From an uncultured virus (IMG/VR IMGVR_UViG_3300029267_002644) (Duplodnaviria > Heunggongvirae > Uroviricota > Caudoviricetes): a DNA stretch of 64,000 bases. Numbering within the stretch: the first letter of the stretch is position 1; the number at the start of each line of letters is the position of its first letter. The stretch is from IMG/VR virus record IMGVR_UViG_3300029267_002644. One strand, given 5' to 3'. Below, in pieces: positions 15,894-24,311 of the stretch. The notes beneath the pieces were generated by a model. The model saw nothing but the letters and a program-made list of their open reading frames with translations. It searched no databases and was not told the origin of the DNA. A program made the position numbers and the translations under genes.

Positions 15894-16906
15894 GCACAGT
15901 AACTATTGCAGAAGTTTTGCGAGGAACAACACCAGGTAGAATGCAGTCCGTTGGGTATATGCAGATTATACCACTGGTGTCGGAGCTTGTCGATGACAGG
16001 TTTGTGACTCCGGATAATCTCGCTACCTCGACCTCCGATTATGGTACAGTCAATGTCCATAACGAATCCGACGGGATGACTATCATGCCATTCGGTTCTG
16101 CAGTCATGACAAAACAAATGGCTCAGAACCACGCCATTCCAAAGGCGAAATTGATGGGCGCGAAGGAGAATGCTCGCATCAACACTGCTGCGTGTATTCA
16201 GGACAGTCAGGGTGGAACCATCCGGAAGGGTAAACACCCTATGTCCATCATCCCTTGGGTCCTCAAAGAGGCTGCCCTTATGACCCGTAAGGTGAGAAGC
16301 TACCAGAAACTTTGGGAGCCGATTAAGGAGTTCAACAAACGTCTTGGACTCCAAGCTCGTGGTCATCTGGAGTACTACATGGACAGGTTCAAGGACGACT
16401 TGGATCAGTTCATCGCCCAGTTTGAGGTTATCCCAAATCAGGTCGGTGCAATACTGCTCCTTGATGGATCTGTGATGGGTGTGGAAAGAGCACCCAACTA
16501 TGAATACTGGAAGGCGGTTTGGAAACCGTTGATTCGGGAGTGCTACGGTTCCCTTTGTCTTCAGTATGTCAAAGAGAGAGGTGGGGAAGTAAGTCTACCC
16601 AAAACTCGTGTTCCTCTGAAATTCAAGAGCACTAACTCTCTTGATGACATCTCCAGAGCTCTTGCTGAAGCAAAGAGTAAGGAAGACGAAGTAATCAAAA
16701 AGATTGTCCGAAAGTTCATCAAGGAAAAATTCAAACAGGAGCCTGAGGAAACCAAGGGCACCATTGCCGTGGAGAACATCACCCATAAACAATTCACGGG
16801 TCAAATTGTCCGTGATGAGGATAAGGTGGTCTATGCAAGCCTTGTAACTCGAGCTGCTTGGGCGAGGAATCACACCTGGTATGAAGCGGACGAGTTTACT
16901 ATATAA
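15890..16906 (+). CDS. ARPP-like (DUF6569-type) protein
   Basis: Q....MQIIPL...GTVNVHN...AQNHA...ACIQ..QG...PNQVGAILLLDG.VMGVE resembles ARPP-1/2 proteins; ATGA overlap with the upstream gene. Confidence 0.55.
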   Translation: MSTVTIAEVLRGTTPGRMQSVGYMQIIPLVSELVDDRFVTPDNLATSTSDYGTVNVHNESDGMTIMPFGSAVMTKQMAQNHAIPKAKLMGAKENARINTAACIQDSQGGTIRKGKHPMSIIPWVLKEAALMTRKVRSYQKLWEPIKEFNKRLGLQARGHLEYYMDRFKDDLDQFIAQFEVIPNQVGAILLLDGSVMGVERAPNYEYWKAVWKPLIRECYGSLCLQYVKERGGEVSLPKTRVPLKFKSTNSLDDISRALAEAKSKEDEVIKKIVRKFIKEKFKQEPEETKGTIAVENITHKQFTGQIVRDEDKVVYASLVTRAAWARNHTWYEADEFTI

Positions 16907-17045
16907 GGACATCCGGCGAACTCCCAATCGCCTTATGTCATAGTGTTTCTCCTTTCCATGGTGGGGTATCTGTTCGTGGATACCCCACCATACCAACATT
17001 TTAACACGTAAATTTTTTTCATTTAAAGAACAAAATATAAATCAT

Positions 17046-17119
17046 AGTCCCTTAGTAGAATGGTAGAACGCCGTCCTTACAAGTCGGAAAACTCGGTTCG
17101 ATTCCGAGAGGGACTACCA
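17046..17119 (+). tRNA. tRNA-Val(TAC)
   Basis: AGTCCCT/AGGGACT acceptor, CTTACAA loop, ACCA end. Confidence 0.85.
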
Positions 17120-17448
17120 TTTTAGAAAGGATAAGACAATGGTATCTTGTACAACGTCAGTCTTAATAGCGTTGTTGGCTGGTTTTATTCTTGGTTGGAA
17201 TATGAAAAGTATGATCAGTCGAATGGACATAAAAGGTCTTATTAAAAAGTTAGGAGGTTGATTATTGAAAGAGACAATTTATGGTTGGTCTGAGCGGAAG
17301 ATGACTGAGCAGAAAGAATTCAATGTTCGATGTCCTGAGTGCAAGCGGGTCTACACAATAACAACTTCATATGACGAACTGGTAAATGGTTCGCGGTCTT
17401 GCCCAGATTGTAATAAGGAGAAAGAATCAAAGGCCGCATAGGGGGAAC

Positions 17449-17721
17449 ATGAGAGAGGCAATTGCAATTATACTTGCAGTTGCACTGGTTTACATTACGT
17501 GGTTTTATGAAGAAACTCACGAAAAAGATTTCCCACCTGAAGATTATTATATCGAGAATCCAGGTTCTTCTTTTATTAAAATTCCTAAGGGATTTTTTAA
17601 TGATAGGAACAATTTTTTAACAGAAGAAGAAATGAAATTATTTAAGGAGAATCTAGGAGATTATTTTGAATGGAGGCAAGAAAAGTACGACAAAGAAAAT
17701 AAAGACGAAACTCCGGTGTAA
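17449..17721 (+). CDS. hypothetical membrane-anchored protein
   Basis: AGGGGG RBS; N-terminal hydrophobic helix. Confidence 0.5.
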   Translation: MREAIAIILAVALVYITWFYEETHEKDFPPEDYYIENPGSSFIKIPKGFFNDRNNFLTEEEMKLFKENLGDYFEWRQEKYDKENKDETPV

Positions 17722-17728
17722 TTGCTGG

Positions 17729-17801
17729 GCGGCGGTGGTGTAACTGGTAGCACGCTGGACTCCAATCTAGAGGTCAGGTTCGAACCCTGTGAGCCGCTCC
17801 A
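17729..17801 (+). tRNA. degenerate tRNA-Gly(TCC)-like pseudo-tRNA
   Basis: GCGG...GCCGC-TCCA ends with D and T arms, but a 6-nt anticodon loop (CTCCAA) and mispaired stems. Confidence 0.55.
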
Positions 17802-17936
17802 GACAGAAAGGAATAGTCGATGAAGAAAAAAGTTGTGAAAGTAGTCTGTGAAAATTGCAAACAGTTGTATGAAGTTTCTTTAAAAGAAAGCATTGAAATG
17901 AAAATTCGACTTTGTCCTAAATGTAGAAAACCATAA

Positions 17937-18021
17937 GCGGCCGTAGGCAAATTGGTATGCCACCAGCCTTCCAAGCTGGCGCAGAAATGCACTGCCGGTT
18001 CGAGCCCGGTCGGCCGCTCCA
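17937..18021 (+). tRNA. tRNA-Gly(TCC) with long variable arm
   Basis: GCGGCCG/CGGCCGC-TCCA, CCAGC-CTTCCAA-GCTGG, V-arm GCA-GAAA-TGC. Confidence 0.85.
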
Positions 18022-18037
18022 TTTTTAAGGAGTTAAT

Positions 18038-18355
18038 ATGGATTTATTAGCTAATTCAACCGGCTATATTATGGATCAACAAACATCAGATGATTTGATG
18101 TTATGTGGGCGACTTCAGGATATTGCTCAACAATATGGTTGTGAATTGACTAATGTAAATCTTGACGATATGGATTTCGCCATTGTTGGTGAAAAAAGTT
18201 ATGAGGCAGGAGAAGCAATATTAAAATATTTAACGAAGGTTAGTGGAGGAAATCCAGATGAGCGAATTCGAGTTGGGCGAACAGGTGAAGGTTCCAAAAC
18301 GCTCCAAATTATTCACGAGAAAATCAACTCCGGCGATAGTCCTGACAAATCCTAA
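18038..18355 (+). CDS. hypothetical protein
   Basis: AAGGAG RBS, 105 aa. Confidence 0.5.
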   Translation: MDLLANSTGYIMDQQTSDDLMLCGRLQDIAQQYGCELTNVNLDDMDFAIVGEKSYEAGEAILKYLTKVSGGNPDERIRVGRTGEGSKTLQIIHEKINSGDSPDKS

Positions 18356-18869
18356 ATATCCTCATAATGTCGGGCAGACTGTGAGAGCTGCTTCATGTTT
18401 TGGAGCACAACTTATTATGATCACAGGGAATCGGGTTAGTTTGGAAAAAGGAGATAAGACAAAATATCGCCTTCCCCGAGAAGAAAGAATGAGGGGGTAT
18501 AAAGACGTAAAGTTGATTTGTGATGATTATCCTTTTAATAGATTTGACGATACAGTAACTCCGGTTGCAGTAGAGTTTAGAGAAAATGCTGAGCCGTTGA
18601 CATTCTTCGAGCATCCTAGAAATGCTGTATATGTTTTTGGACCTGAGGACGGCAGCATTCCTCAAGTTATGTTGCGCCATTGTCAAAGATTCGTTGTTAT
18701 TCCAACAAAACATTGTGTAAATCTTTCCGCCGCCGTCTATCTGGTTTTATATGACAGAATAGCCAAACTTGGTATTTGGCGTGGAGAGGATATTGAGAGG
18801 ATGCAACCATGGGCTGGATCAGAGATATCAAACATGGGTTCAGAAATCTATACGCCTGGTTGCCATTGA
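18258..18869 (+). CDS. SpoU/TrmH-family RNA methyltransferase
   Basis: PKYPHNVG...RAASCFG...YVFGPEDGS...IP...CVNLSAAV.LVLYDR SPOUT motifs. Confidence 0.85.
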   Translation: MSEFELGEQVKVPKRSKLFTRKSTPAIVLTNPKYPHNVGQTVRAASCFGAQLIMITGNRVSLEKGDKTKYRLPREERMRGYKDVKLICDDYPFNRFDDTVTPVAVEFRENAEPLTFFEHPRNAVYVFGPEDGSIPQVMLRHCQRFVVIPTKHCVNLSAAVYLVLYDRIAKLGIWRGEDIERMQPWAGSEISNMGSEIYTPGCH

Positions 18870-19288
18870 TTTGGAAAGACAGAGATTGGGATCATGGTTT
18901 TCTCTTTGAGATGCTTCAGTTTAAATTATCTCGTATGGAGAAATGTCTTAGAAACGGTATTCATCTTCATGCTGATGAAACAGCTGATAAAGTTAAACTT
19001 TGTGTTCTTCTATTAGACCGGATCAATAAGGATGAATATCATGAGATGGTCTTCAAACACCATGATAAAAAATGGGGTGAAACTGACTTAACATTCACTA
19101 AATGTAAAGACAACCCCGAAATGTCAGAGCTCCATATAAGTCGAGAAAATGTAAACTCCGAAGAAGATAAGGAGCAAGAAAGAAAAGAATATCGAGCAAT
19201 AATGAAACGTCCTGATGAATTAATGCAACAGGATATTGATATGCTCTTTGAAACAATGAGAAAACATATTCGAGGATGGTGGGATTAG
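18809..19288 (+). CDS. phage-type hypothetical protein
   Basis: W.PLIWKDRDWD...GWWD motif seen in phage proteins. Confidence 0.55.
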   Translation: MGWIRDIKHGFRNLYAWLPLIWKDRDWDHGFLFEMLQFKLSRMEKCLRNGIHLHADETADKVKLCVLLLDRINKDEYHEMVFKHHDKKWGETDLTFTKCKDNPEMSELHISRENVNSEEDKEQERKEYRAIMKRPDELMQQDIDMLFETMRKHIRGWWD

Positions 19289-19617
19289 TGAAACTTGAAG
19301 AAGGTGAATATCTTTGTTGGAAATGTAAGGGGAATAGACTTGTTGCAAGACCAGATGGAAGTGAAAGTCATGTGATTAGTCTTTGTCCAATTTGTAATGG
19401 CACAGGAAAGCTTGATTGGGTTGAGAATGTTGTTGGAAAAGGACCAATTTCTGGTAAAGAAAAGAACGGCAAACTTTTCGAAATTCTTATGAAACATGCT
19501 CAAGCTCAAAATAAAGCTATAAAGGTAGCGAGGCAAAATGACCCAGAAACTAGACGAGAATATAGGGGAAATGATTTGCGACCAATGCCAAGGCTCTGGG
19601 AAGGTCCCGGTTTCTAA
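19276..19617 (+). CDS. DnaJ-type CxxCxGxG zinc-finger protein
   Basis: LEEGE.LCWKCKG...CPICNGTGKLDWVENVVG. Confidence 0.6.
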   Translation: MVGLVKLEEGEYLCWKCKGNRLVARPDGSESHVISLCPICNGTGKLDWVENVVGKGPISGKEKNGKLFEILMKHAQAQNKAIKVARQNDPETRREYRGNDLRPMPRLWEGPGF

Positions 19618-19858
19618 ACATAATGGAATCACTGTTATTGAATCTTTAAAACAATGTCCGAAATGTGTTGGAACTGGAAAAGTTGATTGGATTGAGAATG
19701 TTGTTGGAAAAAGGAAGCCATTTACTCAACTATTTCAAGAGATTATGGATGTTGTGGCAGACGCAACATTAGGAGAAGCCCCTGCCGGAACAGGAATGAC
19801 AAGACCGGATAAGTTATATGTGGGTCTATCAACAACCGATCCGGGAAAGGAACAGTGA
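19538..19858 (+). CDS. DnaJ-type zinc-finger protein (paralogue)
   Basis: GEMICDQCQGSG...CPKCVGTGKVDWIENVVG. Confidence 0.6.
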   Translation: MTQKLDENIGEMICDQCQGSGKVPVSKHNGITVIESLKQCPKCVGTGKVDWIENVVGKRKPFTQLFQEIMDVVADATLGEAPAGTGMTRPDKLYVGLSTTDPGKEQ

Positions 19859-20076
19859 ATATGTGGTGGTTAATATTGATTCTGCTAGCTGTTATTGGAG
19901 TTATTTACATGGCTCGTAGGCGAGAGCAACATGAATGGAATAACGGCAAATGTGAATGTGGTGGATTGTGGGAATATTTCGATACTGATTCTCAAGGCGG
20001 TCGAGGTTATAAGTGTCCTGAATGTGACAATCATATTTGGATCTCTTATAAAGTAGACAAAACTCAGCGGGTGTAG
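19855..20076 (+). CDS. small membrane-anchored zinc-ribbon protein
   Basis: TM helix then WNNGKCECG...DSQGGRGYKCPEC. Confidence 0.55.
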   Translation: MNMWWLILILLAVIGVIYMARRREQHEWNNGKCECGGLWEYFDTDSQGGRGYKCPECDNHIWISYKVDKTQRV

Positions 20077-20141
20077 CTCAACGGTTAGAGCGTCGCGTTG
20101 CCAATGCGAATACGAGAGTTCGACTCTCTCCATCCGCTCCA
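20067..20141 (+). tRNA. tRNA-Gly(GCC)
   Basis: GCGGGTG/CATCCGC-TCCA acceptor, TTGCCAA loop. Confidence 0.9.
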
Positions 20142-20279
20142 TTAAGACTATGATTGTAAATAAACAAAAACAATGAGGCGACGCCGACCTCAACACAAAA
20201 GGTTTTTGTGATTACGGCGCTTGGTGGGAACAAGGATGTTATTGTCAACTAGGACCTGCAAAAGGACTGAGATGCCCGT

Positions 20280-20702
20280 ATGCATATAAACCCATTCCAA
20301 CGAAAGATAGAAGAACTGAGCAAGAGGATGAATTCAAAAAGAGACGATATTTCTATTGAAGAATGGCGCAGAAAAGTTGATGAAGGTTACTTTATTAAAA
20401 AACATGAGGAATACTTAGCAAATAGAAAGTTTAATAGTCCTCTATTAAAATACAGTGATGATGATAAAGTCATGATGTTAGAAGCTTTACAAGTTGGTAT
20501 TCCTGCCTTTATTCTATTTCAACAAATTGGTTTAACGGAGACTAGAAGTGAAGCTCGACGACTTATTAAACAAGGTGGCGCGTATTGTAATTCGAAACGC
20601 ATTGAGCATTTTGATATGCACATTAATGATAGCTATATTATTGACAATGAAATAACCTTAGCAGCAGGAAAGAAAAGAAGGGTGAAATTGGTGATTAGAT
20701 GA
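20280..20702 (+). CDS. protein with stand-alone S4 domain like the TyrRS C-terminus
   Basis: GL.ETRSEARRLIKQGGAYCN..RI...LAAGKKR. Confidence 0.75.
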   Translation: MHINPFQRKIEELSKRMNSKRDDISIEEWRRKVDEGYFIKKHEEYLANRKFNSPLLKYSDDDKVMMLEALQVGIPAFILFQQIGLTETRSEARRLIKQGGAYCNSKRIEHFDMHINDSYIIDNEITLAAGKKRRVKLVIR

Positions 20703-21220
20703 GTCCATCCTGTGGTGATAGATTACGTGAAGAGGTAAATGAAAGAGCTCGGCAACAAAGGAAAAAAGAAATTCCAATAAGAATGAGTAAGCCGAAGATC
20801 TTTTTATCAACTCCCGAAGTAGGGGAGATGATTGGAGTTTTTCACACAACAGTGCGTCGGTGGTGTGAACAAAAGAAAATTACTGCCTTCAGAGTAGGTC
20901 GTAATTGGAAAATTCCAATACCTGCTCTTCATAAATTTCTGTCTGATAGAGGCTTACCTCTGCCGCAGGACTTAAAAGAAGCGATGCCAAAAACAAATCG
21001 AATACGATTTGAACTTAGCGATAGCGAAATGGAGATGTATCAAAGTTGGGATGAAAAACATAGAACATATTGTCCCTTAGCAAATGGTAAAGATGGTGCT
21101 ATTGGTGGAAGAATATCTTTTAAGTTTACTCCAACTGGGCTTGGTACAGCCACAACTGTAGAATGTGGTTGTGGTCAAGGTGAATATAAAATGGATTTAA
21201 CTAACTATGATGAATGGTAG
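20699..21220 (+). CDS. excisionase/MerR-like HTH protein fused to a phage domain
   Basis: LSTPEVGEMIGV..TTVRRWC....I.AFRVGRNWKIP; C-terminal GAIGG...FTPTGLG...C.CG. Confidence 0.65.
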   Translation: MSPSCGDRLREEVNERARQQRKKEIPIRMSKPKIFLSTPEVGEMIGVFHTTVRRWCEQKKITAFRVGRNWKIPIPALHKFLSDRGLPLPQDLKEAMPKTNRIRFELSDSEMEMYQSWDEKHRTYCPLANGKDGAIGGRISFKFTPTGLGTATTVECGCGQGEYKMDLTNYDEW

Positions 21221-21787
21221 GTGAAAATGGGCAAGCCGATAGTGGTTAATTTGTTTGCAGGACCCGGAACTGGAAAGTCAACCACTGCAACAGGTGTATT
21301 CTCAATATTGAAACTCAATGGAGTCAACTGTGAATATGTGCCTGAGTTTGCAAAAGATTTAACTTGGGAGGAGAGATCCAAAACACTTCAAAATCAGATT
21401 TATCTATTTGGAAAACAATATCATAGAATGTGGAGATTGTTTGACCAGGTGGATGTAATTATTACTGATGCTCCATTTATTTTGGGTTTGGTATACGGTA
21501 TCTTTGATTTATCAATGATCCAAGTCATGATGGGAAGATTTGTTGAATGTAATAATCTCAACTTCTTTCTCAGACGTACTAAGCCTTATAACCCGAAGGG
21601 AAGAAACCAAACCCTAGAAGAAGCAAAACTCATTGATGGTCAAATTAAGGCAACACTGATCGGACATCAAATAGATTACTTTGAAATTGATGGTAACTAT
21701 GATGCAATAAATACAATTACTCATAGAGTTCTCAATGATTTGAAAATTACAAATATGGAGAGATATCGAATCGTGAAGGAGGAATAG
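21221..21787 (+). CDS. P-loop kinase/ATPase (NadR/AAA_28-like)
   Basis: AGPGTGKST Walker A, EFAKDLTWE, IITD, GRNQT.EEA. Confidence 0.7.
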   Translation: MKMGKPIVVNLFAGPGTGKSTTATGVFSILKLNGVNCEYVPEFAKDLTWEERSKTLQNQIYLFGKQYHRMWRLFDQVDVIITDAPFILGLVYGIFDLSMIQVMMGRFVECNNLNFFLRRTKPYNPKGRNQTLEEAKLIDGQIKATLIGHQIDYFEIDGNYDAINTITHRVLNDLKITNMERYRIVKEE

Positions 21788-21799
21788 ATGTATCACTTA

Positions 21800-21889
21800 G
21801 GGTCGGTCACCTAGTCAGGAGATGGTACCGGACTTTTAATCCGGCGGGACTACGTCCCCACGCGAGTTCAAATCTCGCCCGACCCACCA
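21800..21889 (+). tRNA. tRNA-Lys(TTT) with long variable arm
   Basis: GGGTCGG/CCGACCC-ACCA, CCGGA-CTTTTAA-TCCGG, V-arm GGGAC-TAC-GTCCC. Confidence 0.85.
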
Positions 21890-21896
21890 AAATTAT

Positions 21897-21969
21897 AGGC
21901 TGGTAGCTTAATGGAAAGCTCACGACGCTTAATCGTGAATCGGAGGTTCGAACCCTTCCCAGCCTACCA
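21897..21969 (+). tRNA. tRNA-Lys(CTT)
   Basis: AGGCTGG/CCAGCCT-ACCA, CACGA-CGCTTAA-TCGTG (G at position 33). Confidence 0.75.
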
Positions 21970-22001
21970 TCAGTGAGAATATTTAGAGGAAGGAGAGAAT
22001 A

Positions 22002-22220
22002 GTGACTAAAGAGGAGCAAGAGATTTTGGATAATATGTTTACATATCATCCACCGAGGGAGAAACAGGTTGAGGTCTATGAGCAACTCAGAGCTACAGCA
22101 AAAGAATTTGCAGCTTTGGTTGTTAATATTTGTCCAGACTCTGATGAAAGAGGAAAAGCAGTTGCCCGAATCAACGAGGCGGTTATGTGGGCGAACGCAT
22201 CCATAGCGAGGCATACATAG
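22002..22220 (+). CDS. Acb2/Tad1-like helical-hairpin protein (candidate immune-signal sponge)
   Basis: FTYHPP...CPDS.ER..A..RINEAVMWANASIAR pattern. Confidence 0.55.
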   Translation: MTKEEQEILDNMFTYHPPREKQVEVYEQLRATAKEFAALVVNICPDSDERGKAVARINEAVMWANASIARHT

Positions 22221-22370
22221 GAGGTGCCGTGTTTAAGTGGTTAGCAAACCGTGCATTTGAGCACATGGTTGGGGTTGCCATCGCAGCTGTCTGTGGTGGC
22301 GTTGTAAAATATGTCGGTAAAGAAGTAGCCAAGTGCTACTACGAGGCTAGACAGGAATTGGAGGAAAGCC

Positions 22371-22805
22371 GTGAACGAGCGTAAAAGAGTTGCACTTGTT
22401 GCTCACGACGAAAGAAAGAAAGATTTGCTAGATTGGGTAAACCATAACAAAGAGGTGTTAAAACACCATACTTTATACGCAACAGGAACAACAGGAAGTG
22501 TCATTACTAGTCAGACAGGTTTAATAGTTAATTGTTTATCTAGTGGTCCTCTTGGAGGAGATCTCCAGTTAGGCGCTATGATTGCTAGTGATGACCTCGA
22601 TATGCTTATATTCTTCTGGGACCCCATGACGGCTCAACCTCACGATGTTGATGTAAAGGCGTTGTTACGAATTTCAGTCGTCCATAATATACCTGTTGCT
22701 TGTAATCGCTCAACTGCTGATTTTATTATATCAAGTAGTTTGGTTGATGAACCGTATTATCCAATTGTAAAAGATTATTCGAAACACTTAAATAGAGATG
22801 TTTAG
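22371..22805 (+). CDS. mgsA: methylglyoxal synthase
   Basis: ALVAHD.RK...YATGTTG...[12 protein letters not shown]...[19 protein letters not shown]. Confidence 0.95.
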   Translation: MNERKRVALVAHDERKKDLLDWVNHNKEVLKHHTLYATGTTGSVITSQTGLIVNCLSSGPLGGDLQLGAMIASDDLDMLIFFWDPMTAQPHDVDVKALLRISVVHNIPVACNRSTADFIISSSLVDEPYYPIVKDYSKHLNRDV

Positions 22806-22888
22806 GGCGTGTGACCCGAAAGGCAAGGGTGCCGGCTGCAACCCGGTAGCGAAAGCGTATGCAGGTTCGACTCCTGTCACGCCCTCCA
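22805..22888 (+). tRNA. tRNA-Cys(GCA) with long variable arm
   Basis: GGGCGTG/CACGCCC-TCCA, CTGCAAC loop, V region TAGCGAAAGCGTAT. Confidence 0.85.
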
Positions 22889-22950
22889 TTTTAGAATTGA
22901 GAATTACATATATTACTAATTGATAGAGAATTTGCGAAAGGAGAAAAACC

Positions 22951-23283
22951 ATGTGGGTATGGATAGTTAGAATATTAAGATGGGTATTAGTTTCACTGGT
23001 TTGGAGGTTGCTCAAAGAGAGCGGAATCGGACTAGGTGAAATATCAGGTTGGATTTGGGAACAAATACAAAAGTTTAATGCGTGGTATAATAGTTTAAAA
23101 GAACCGACTCGTTTTAATGTTGCTATAACAATCGCGATTGGTCCGATTATTTTAGCAACAATGAACAATATGATTTTGAAAACAATCGGAATCATTTTGA
23201 TGATTGGTATTGTCGTTATTCGTATTTACCTTACGCAAATTAAAGTCAAAATTACAAACAAAAAGAAAGCCGATGTCGCTTAG
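22951..23283 (+). CDS. membrane protein
   Basis: AAGGAG RBS; hydrophobic segments. Confidence 0.5.
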   Translation: MWVWIVRILRWVLVSLVWRLLKESGIGLGEISGWIWEQIQKFNAWYNSLKEPTRFNVAITIAIGPIILATMNNMILKTIGIILMIGIVVIRIYLTQIKVKITNKKKADVA

Positions 23284-23354
23284 TGGTCGATAGCACCGGT
23301 CTTGTAAACCGGCGGAGAAATCCCTCGGGGGTTCGACTCCCTCCATCGGCTCCA
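23269..23354 (+). tRNA. tRNA-Thr(TGT) with long variable arm
   Basis: GCCGATG/CATCGGC-TCCA, CCGGT-CTTGTAA-ACCGG, V-arm GGA-GAAA-TCC. Confidence 0.85.
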
Positions 23355-23529
23355 AATTTTACTTATGAGCAAATTACAGGATTTGTGGCTGTTCATTTTA
23401 TTTTGTATAACTGTTGTTGGTGGTTTTATTCATTGGTTGTTAATTTTGTGTTCTGATGATATCACCATTGAGACAGAAGATGAAGAATGGTCCGTTACAT
23501 TTCCTGATTTGTCTAATACAAACCAATAA

Positions 23530-23619
23530 CTCCCAGTGGCGGAACTGGAACCGCAACGGACTTCTAATCCGTAGATCTCGAAAGAGTGTATGTGGGTTCG
23601 AATCCCACCTGGGAGTCCA
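23530..23619 (+). tRNA. tRNA-Arg(TCT) with long variable arm
   Basis: CTCCCAG/CTGGGAG-TCCA, ACGGA-CTTCTAA-TCCGT, V-arm CTC-GAAA-GAG. Confidence 0.85.
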
Positions 23620-23642
23620 CTTTCTTAAGAAAGGAGAAAATT

Positions 23643-23900
23643 TTGAGCGGGGATCCTGTTTTTACTAGCGATGGTTCGTGTCCGAAATGTGGAGAAAGAG
23701 ACCCTAATTGGGTTAAATCGTTAATGAATCGCATTGCTGGTTTCATAGCATTTTGTCCCAAATGTGAGACTGTGTTTATTGAGCCACTGGGTCAAGTTAA
23801 ACAACCAGAAAAGTATGTTCCAATTTGGGAAGATACTGATCACGCTTCAATTAAAACTATGCACCAAATTCAACAAGAAAGGAGTCGAGAGATGACGTAG
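23643..23900 (+). CDS. small zinc-ribbon protein
   Basis: TTG start after AAGGAG; CPKCG...FCPKCE; ends in TAG. Confidence 0.55.
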   Translation: MSGDPVFTSDGSCPKCGERDPNWVKSLMNRIAGFIAFCPKCETVFIEPLGQVKQPEKYVPIWEDTDHASIKTMHQIQQERSREMT

Positions 23901-23951
23901 GTTATTTTCGGCATTCCCCCGTAGGTAGTTGCTAGAGGTCCGCCTTATTAA
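23892..23951 (+). promoter_or_regulatory. putative amber-readthrough leader micro-ORF M-T-amber-VIFGIPP-amber-VVARGPPY
   Basis: AAAGGAG RBS 7 nt before ATG 23892; in-frame TAG at 23898 and 23922; RGPP then Y and TAA. Confidence 0.55.
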
Positions 23952-23996
23952 ATTATAATTTAAAAACCTAAATTATAATTTATAAGGAGACAAAAA

Positions 23997-24311
23997 ATGA
24001 AAAGAAAGCAACTACTACAAAAAGTAAAAGAAGAACAAAAGGCAAGGGCAAAAGACATTCGAGAACTTAAAAATACCAGGAAACAAGATAAACGTAATGG
24101 TAGATCTTTGTATGCAATTGAAGGTGATATTGCTTGGGAAAAGCATGAGTTTAGACACCACCATATTGCTTACTGTGAAATGAGGGGACGCACGAGAGAA
24201 GAAATTGAATGTCCCCGAGAAGACAATCTCCCAGTCCAGCGAGAGATTGATAGCATTAAAGACAAGTGGATGGAGCAGCTCGATGAAGATGTACATTCTG
24301 ACGCGGCGTGA
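23997..24311 (+). CDS. phage-type hypothetical protein
   Basis: AAGGAG RBS; FRHHHIAYCEMRGRTREEIE motif; overlaps the next gene. Confidence 0.6.
   Translation: MKRKQLLQKVKEEQKARAKDIRELKNTRKQDKRNGRSLYAIEGDIAWEKHEFRHHHIAYCEMRGRTREEIECPREDNLPVQREIDSIKDKWMEQLDEDVHSDAA

Noticed and set aside
16908..16992. Two hairpins after the ARPP-like gene as an eighth array element
   Set aside because: The conserved ACT-N4-helix and helix-N7-TA spacing is absent; more likely a terminator.
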